Shown: one piece after another, positions 35,800 through 39,572 of the stretch | How positions within the stretch are numbered: the stretch's first letter is position 1 | Layout: each line of letters begins with the position of its first letter | Assembly (NCBI RefSeq): GCF_001194135.2 | Contig: NC_069006.1 | Location: 13,076,053 to 13,115,624, forward strand | DNA from: Octopus bimaculoides | Lineage: Eukaryota | Length of the DNA: 39,572 nucleotides | Direction of reading: 5' to 3' | Program-made: the position numbers and the translations under genes | Notes under the pieces: generated by a model | What the model was told of the DNA's origin: nothing | Database searches by the model: none | What the model saw: the letters and a program-made list of their open reading frames with translations, nothing else

Positions 35800-37975
35800 A
35801 AGCAATGCCAAAGTTTTAACTGTGTTATGTTTCAGGTGTGTTCAATGAAGTGTTAAAAGATTTCACTTAAAAACACTGGATGACCAATATTTGTTTTTAG
35901 TGGTAGGCTGCCACACACAAACTCAATGTTAGCAATGATTGTAAATAGTTGCGATATGTAGTTAAATCCTCATCAGCCAATTCATCTTTCAAAGAATCAA
36001 GTTGGGAAATTGATGGAATTGACGTTTTGAAATGTTCATCTTATACAACACCAATTTTGAAATGAAAGCAGTGATGATTTACAATCAACGAGAGTTTTTC
36101 GGCTTCCTTGCAATAACTTGCTCAAATCGTTTAATTTTGTGAATATATCACAAAGAAAAAAGATATCGCATCTTGCAACCATCAATGAAGCGGATAGTGA
36201 AGTATCTTCAAAGAAAGATATGATTATATGAAACAGTTCAACAAAGCGTAAAACACGGTTTTCTTTTGACAGCCACCACACTTCGGTATGGTATGATCCT
36301 CATCATTTCTCAGACAGAGTCGACAGAAAATTTGATCAGACAAGAGACTGGACTTCAATTTGTTCACAGTCTTGATAACTAACTGTAGTGCATCATTCAA
36401 TCTATCGTTCATATTTTTTGTCACTAAATGCTGCCGGTGTGCCAAGTAATGAACAGTTAGTATCTGGTGAGAAATTTCATGCTTTAGGAGAGATGAAAAT
36501 CCTCTGTATCTTCTTATCATCAAAGGGGCTCCATCAGATGCACAGACAAGAATATTACTGAGGGGATATTATGTTCAAAGAGGAAAGACCTGAAAAGGAA
36601 AAATAGTTAGCCTTTTGAATCGTGTGATAATTTCTCTGTGAACAGCATTTCCTCACAAGGTTAAAGGTCTTTATTGAAATACTGAACATATACCATCATC
36701 AAACATTGATTGTCCACAACACTTGACTCATCCATTTGTATAGAAAATTCAGAATGCTGAATATTAATGAGCTGATGTTTGACATCATTGACCATTTCAT
36801 CGGTGCATTGAGAAACCATGTTATTACTAAGTGGGATCTTCATAATGTTATCGGGTTTTTCGTGCATGACAGTTGACAAAACCTCTTCGATAACCAGGCA
36901 AAGTAATGTTTCTCCAATTGTGTGAAACTTCCCAGACTTAGCAACAAGCAATGCAATGTTGTACGATGCAATCAACCCTTCATTCTCCTGTTTACTAGTT
37001 TCCTGGAGTAGCGTGTTGAATGTTTGTGTTTGCTTTTTGAAAGTGGAGCTCAGTTGCAAAAAGTATGATAACGGCTTGTCCTTCTTGTAGGAATGCTTTG
37101 CACCAAAGTGATACTTCAAGCGTGAAGGTTTCATTGCTTCGTTGGTCAATGTTTGATGGCAAAGAAGGCACATTGGTAACTGACAGTTCTGAGGAGAGGG
37201 ATAAATCGAAACGAAAAATAATCACTTCTGTACTGTCAACAAATTCCTCTTGACTGGAAATATCTGTAAAGTGAAAATGTGAGGACGAATTTCTGCGGAC
37301 GGCATCAGAAAGGTAGTATAGTATTCCCAAAGAGAAGAAGAAATCATTAGAGCAGAGTCAGCTGACATGTCTTTACTGAAGCAAATACGGATCTAGTTCG
37401 TTTGGCTGCCAGCATTTCAAAAATTAGAGTTTATTGAAAATTTTAGAATTTGGCACATTAATGTACTTTTCCAAGCTAAATAGCTGGAGTTGTTCAACTT
37501 TTTCCAGAAAAATATTTTAAAAAAGTTATATAGGTTTAGAATCTGATCATTTTCACCCAGTCAAGAAACATGATTTCAAAGATGTCATTTTGTGCGTGAC
37601 TGCACATTTTGTCAACATCCTGAAAATAGCACTTGTGTTTTGATATGAAACCACAGAATTACACACAACATATAACTTCTCATAACTTTTTTTTTTCCAG
37701 AAAATTTTTGCGAATTTGCATTCTATACTCAGGACTTCATATGATTATGCAAAAAAAAAAAAAAAAATATTCGATTGATAAACAAATCCACTTTTTTAAT
37801 ACAAAGGGACGTCTCATGCAAGTAGTCAAATCGATAAAAGTGCATCCTTATTCTAGGCATGCCTAGATATCAGTAAATGCAGACTTGATTTCTAAAAATT
37901 CATTGTCACCCACAAAATGTTCATATCGCCCATCACCCACCAGTAAGTTGGAATCGCCCACTTTGGGAAGATATG
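35800..37975 (-). mobile_element. Decayed hAT transposon (Charlie/Buster group), element E1
   Basis: Minus-strand relics CLLCHQTLTNEAMKPSRLKYHF (BED-like), FSIQMDES, CTDGAPLM, HYLAHRQHL, HTEVWWLS, DIFTKLNDLSKLLQG. 5' TIR CATATCTTCCCAAAGTG ends at 37975; the 3' end was not found. Confidence 0.85.
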
Positions 37976-37983
37976 GGTTAGAG

Positions 37984-39135
37984 CAGGGGGTCACCAAACT
38001 TTTATCATAGTGGACTAGATATAGCTAAAAGAATGCCAAGCATGGGCCGGATAAATATTTTGTTCAATTCAGTACAATATAGAATACACTGAATGTACAC
38101 AAAAGATAAAGACAGTCAACCTATTTATTTATCAATACATAAAATACACAAAATAATAAAAGCAATAAACAGAATTTTTAGAAAAAGTGTGCACATAGCT
38201 GAATTGCAAAAAAAGTAAGCAGCACAAAAGTTAATGAGATTTGTGAAACTGGCATTTTGCTTCCAAAATATCATCAACATTTGCTTTATGATTGCTGCAA
38301 CCAACCATAAGAATTGCATTCAAATGTTCATCAGTGAGCCTTGTTCAATGTATTGACTTCACATACTTCAGTTTTTAAAAAATTTGCTCACAAATATAGG
38401 TTGTTCCAAAAACTGATGCCATACCTGAGGCAATTTTTTTCAATTTTGAAAACTCATCAGCAGGCAAGTAGCAATAAAATTTAATGAGCTTTCCTTCTCT
38501 GTGCTTCTCTTTCAACAAGGTATTAGCTTGCAAGTCAATAAGCTCCAATTGTAGTTCGGTTGGCATGTTATCAAGATAACAGCCAAAGGGATTCTCAAAC
38601 AAAAGGATTTCATTCTCAATTCTGTCAAGATCTGAAAATCTTTGAGAAAAATACTTATTTAAGTCCCGAATAATTTTTTCTGAAACTCGAGGTTAACATG
38701 TTCCACATTTTCTGTGCAAAACTCTTGAAAACACTGAAAATGAGAGAAGTTTCCTCCTTCTAGTTGTGCTTCAAACAATAATAGCTTTCTTCAGAATGCT
38801 GTAATAATTCTGTAGAGATCACAGACAAGGTTATTCTTTCTCTGCAGTTTTAAATTCAATTCATTCATATGAGAAGTGACGTCAACTAAAAACGACAACT
38901 TTGATAACCATGAAGGATCTGACAGCTGTGGATCAGCTCTATTCTTTTCGGTGAGAAAAAGATCTATTTCTCTTCAGAGCTTATAAAAATGAAACAGGAC
39001 TTTACCCAACTGAGCCACCTCACTTCAGTGTAGTAAGGCAAGTCACAGAAATTAGAATCGATTTCTTCAAGGAAAGCCTGGAACTATCAATGATTAAGCC
39101 CATGATTCTGAAGCTGCTTGGCACAGATTGACCTT
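37984..39135 (-). mobile_element. Second decayed hAT transposon (Buster/SPIN, GTF2IRD2-like transposase), element E2, 3' part
   Basis: TIR CAGGGGGTCACCAAACT at 37984. Relics WLSKLSFLVDVTSHMNELNLKLQ, FENPF...LQLELIDLQ and SVFGTTYICEQIF. Confidence 0.85.
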
Positions 39136-39139
39136 GAAC

Positions 39140-39520
39140 TCTGTTGCACATCCACACTAATTCACAATGTTCTCACTCACTTCCGTTGTTCATAGCAGTG
39201 CTTGGAAGTACAGTGTGTGGAATGTGGTTGTCTGAAAAAAGATCAGGTTTCAGCTGTGCAGGATCTCTTTGATTGTGTCGAGGAAGACAGAAACCTTTCA
39301 GAAATGGTCATAAGATGACAAATAGCGAGTCTATGGCTACGACCCTGAAACCAAGGCTCAGTCTTCGTAATGGAAAACTCAAACAAGATTTCAAGACGTT
39401 GAGGAAATCCAAGAGAATGTGACTGGATAAAATGTGTGGCTTCAGAAAAGGACTACTTATAAAGGAGAGTAAATGTTGAGTTGATATGTATAGTAGCTTT
39501 CTTTTTATAGCACCAGTTTT
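39140..39520 (+). mobile_element. Internally deleted mariner fragment
   Basis: VYGYDPETKAQSS*WK and RFQDVEEIQENV relics. Confidence 0.65.
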
Positions 39521-39572
39521 GATCAGGCCTCAAACATATGTATATGTATGTGTGTATATATATATATATATA

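Overview
AT-rich, repeat-dense eukaryotic genomic DNA with 12 assembly gaps. The SINE, LINE-tail and microsatellite repertoire looks like Octopus/coleoid cephalopod (inference). The one well-supported host gene is on the + strand with two coding exons (14996-15946 and 27911-28216) joined in phase 0 across an 11,964-bp GT-AG intron. It encodes a FAM83 (DUF1669)-like PLD-superfamily protein. Unlike vertebrate FAM83 pseudo-enzymes, it keeps a complete Nuc/Zucchini-type catalytic signature (HxKxxxxD-x6-GSxN plus the downstream NxEN glutamate) and has no long C-terminal tail. The rest is tRNA-derived SINEs, RTE-type LINE 3' ends, decayed mariner and hAT (Charlie/Buster) transposons, MITEs, micro- and minisatellites, and several long hairpins. 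Most ORF-track entries are microsatellite or N-gap artefacts. Repeat boundaries are approximate (about +/-10-20 bp) unless termini are quoted.
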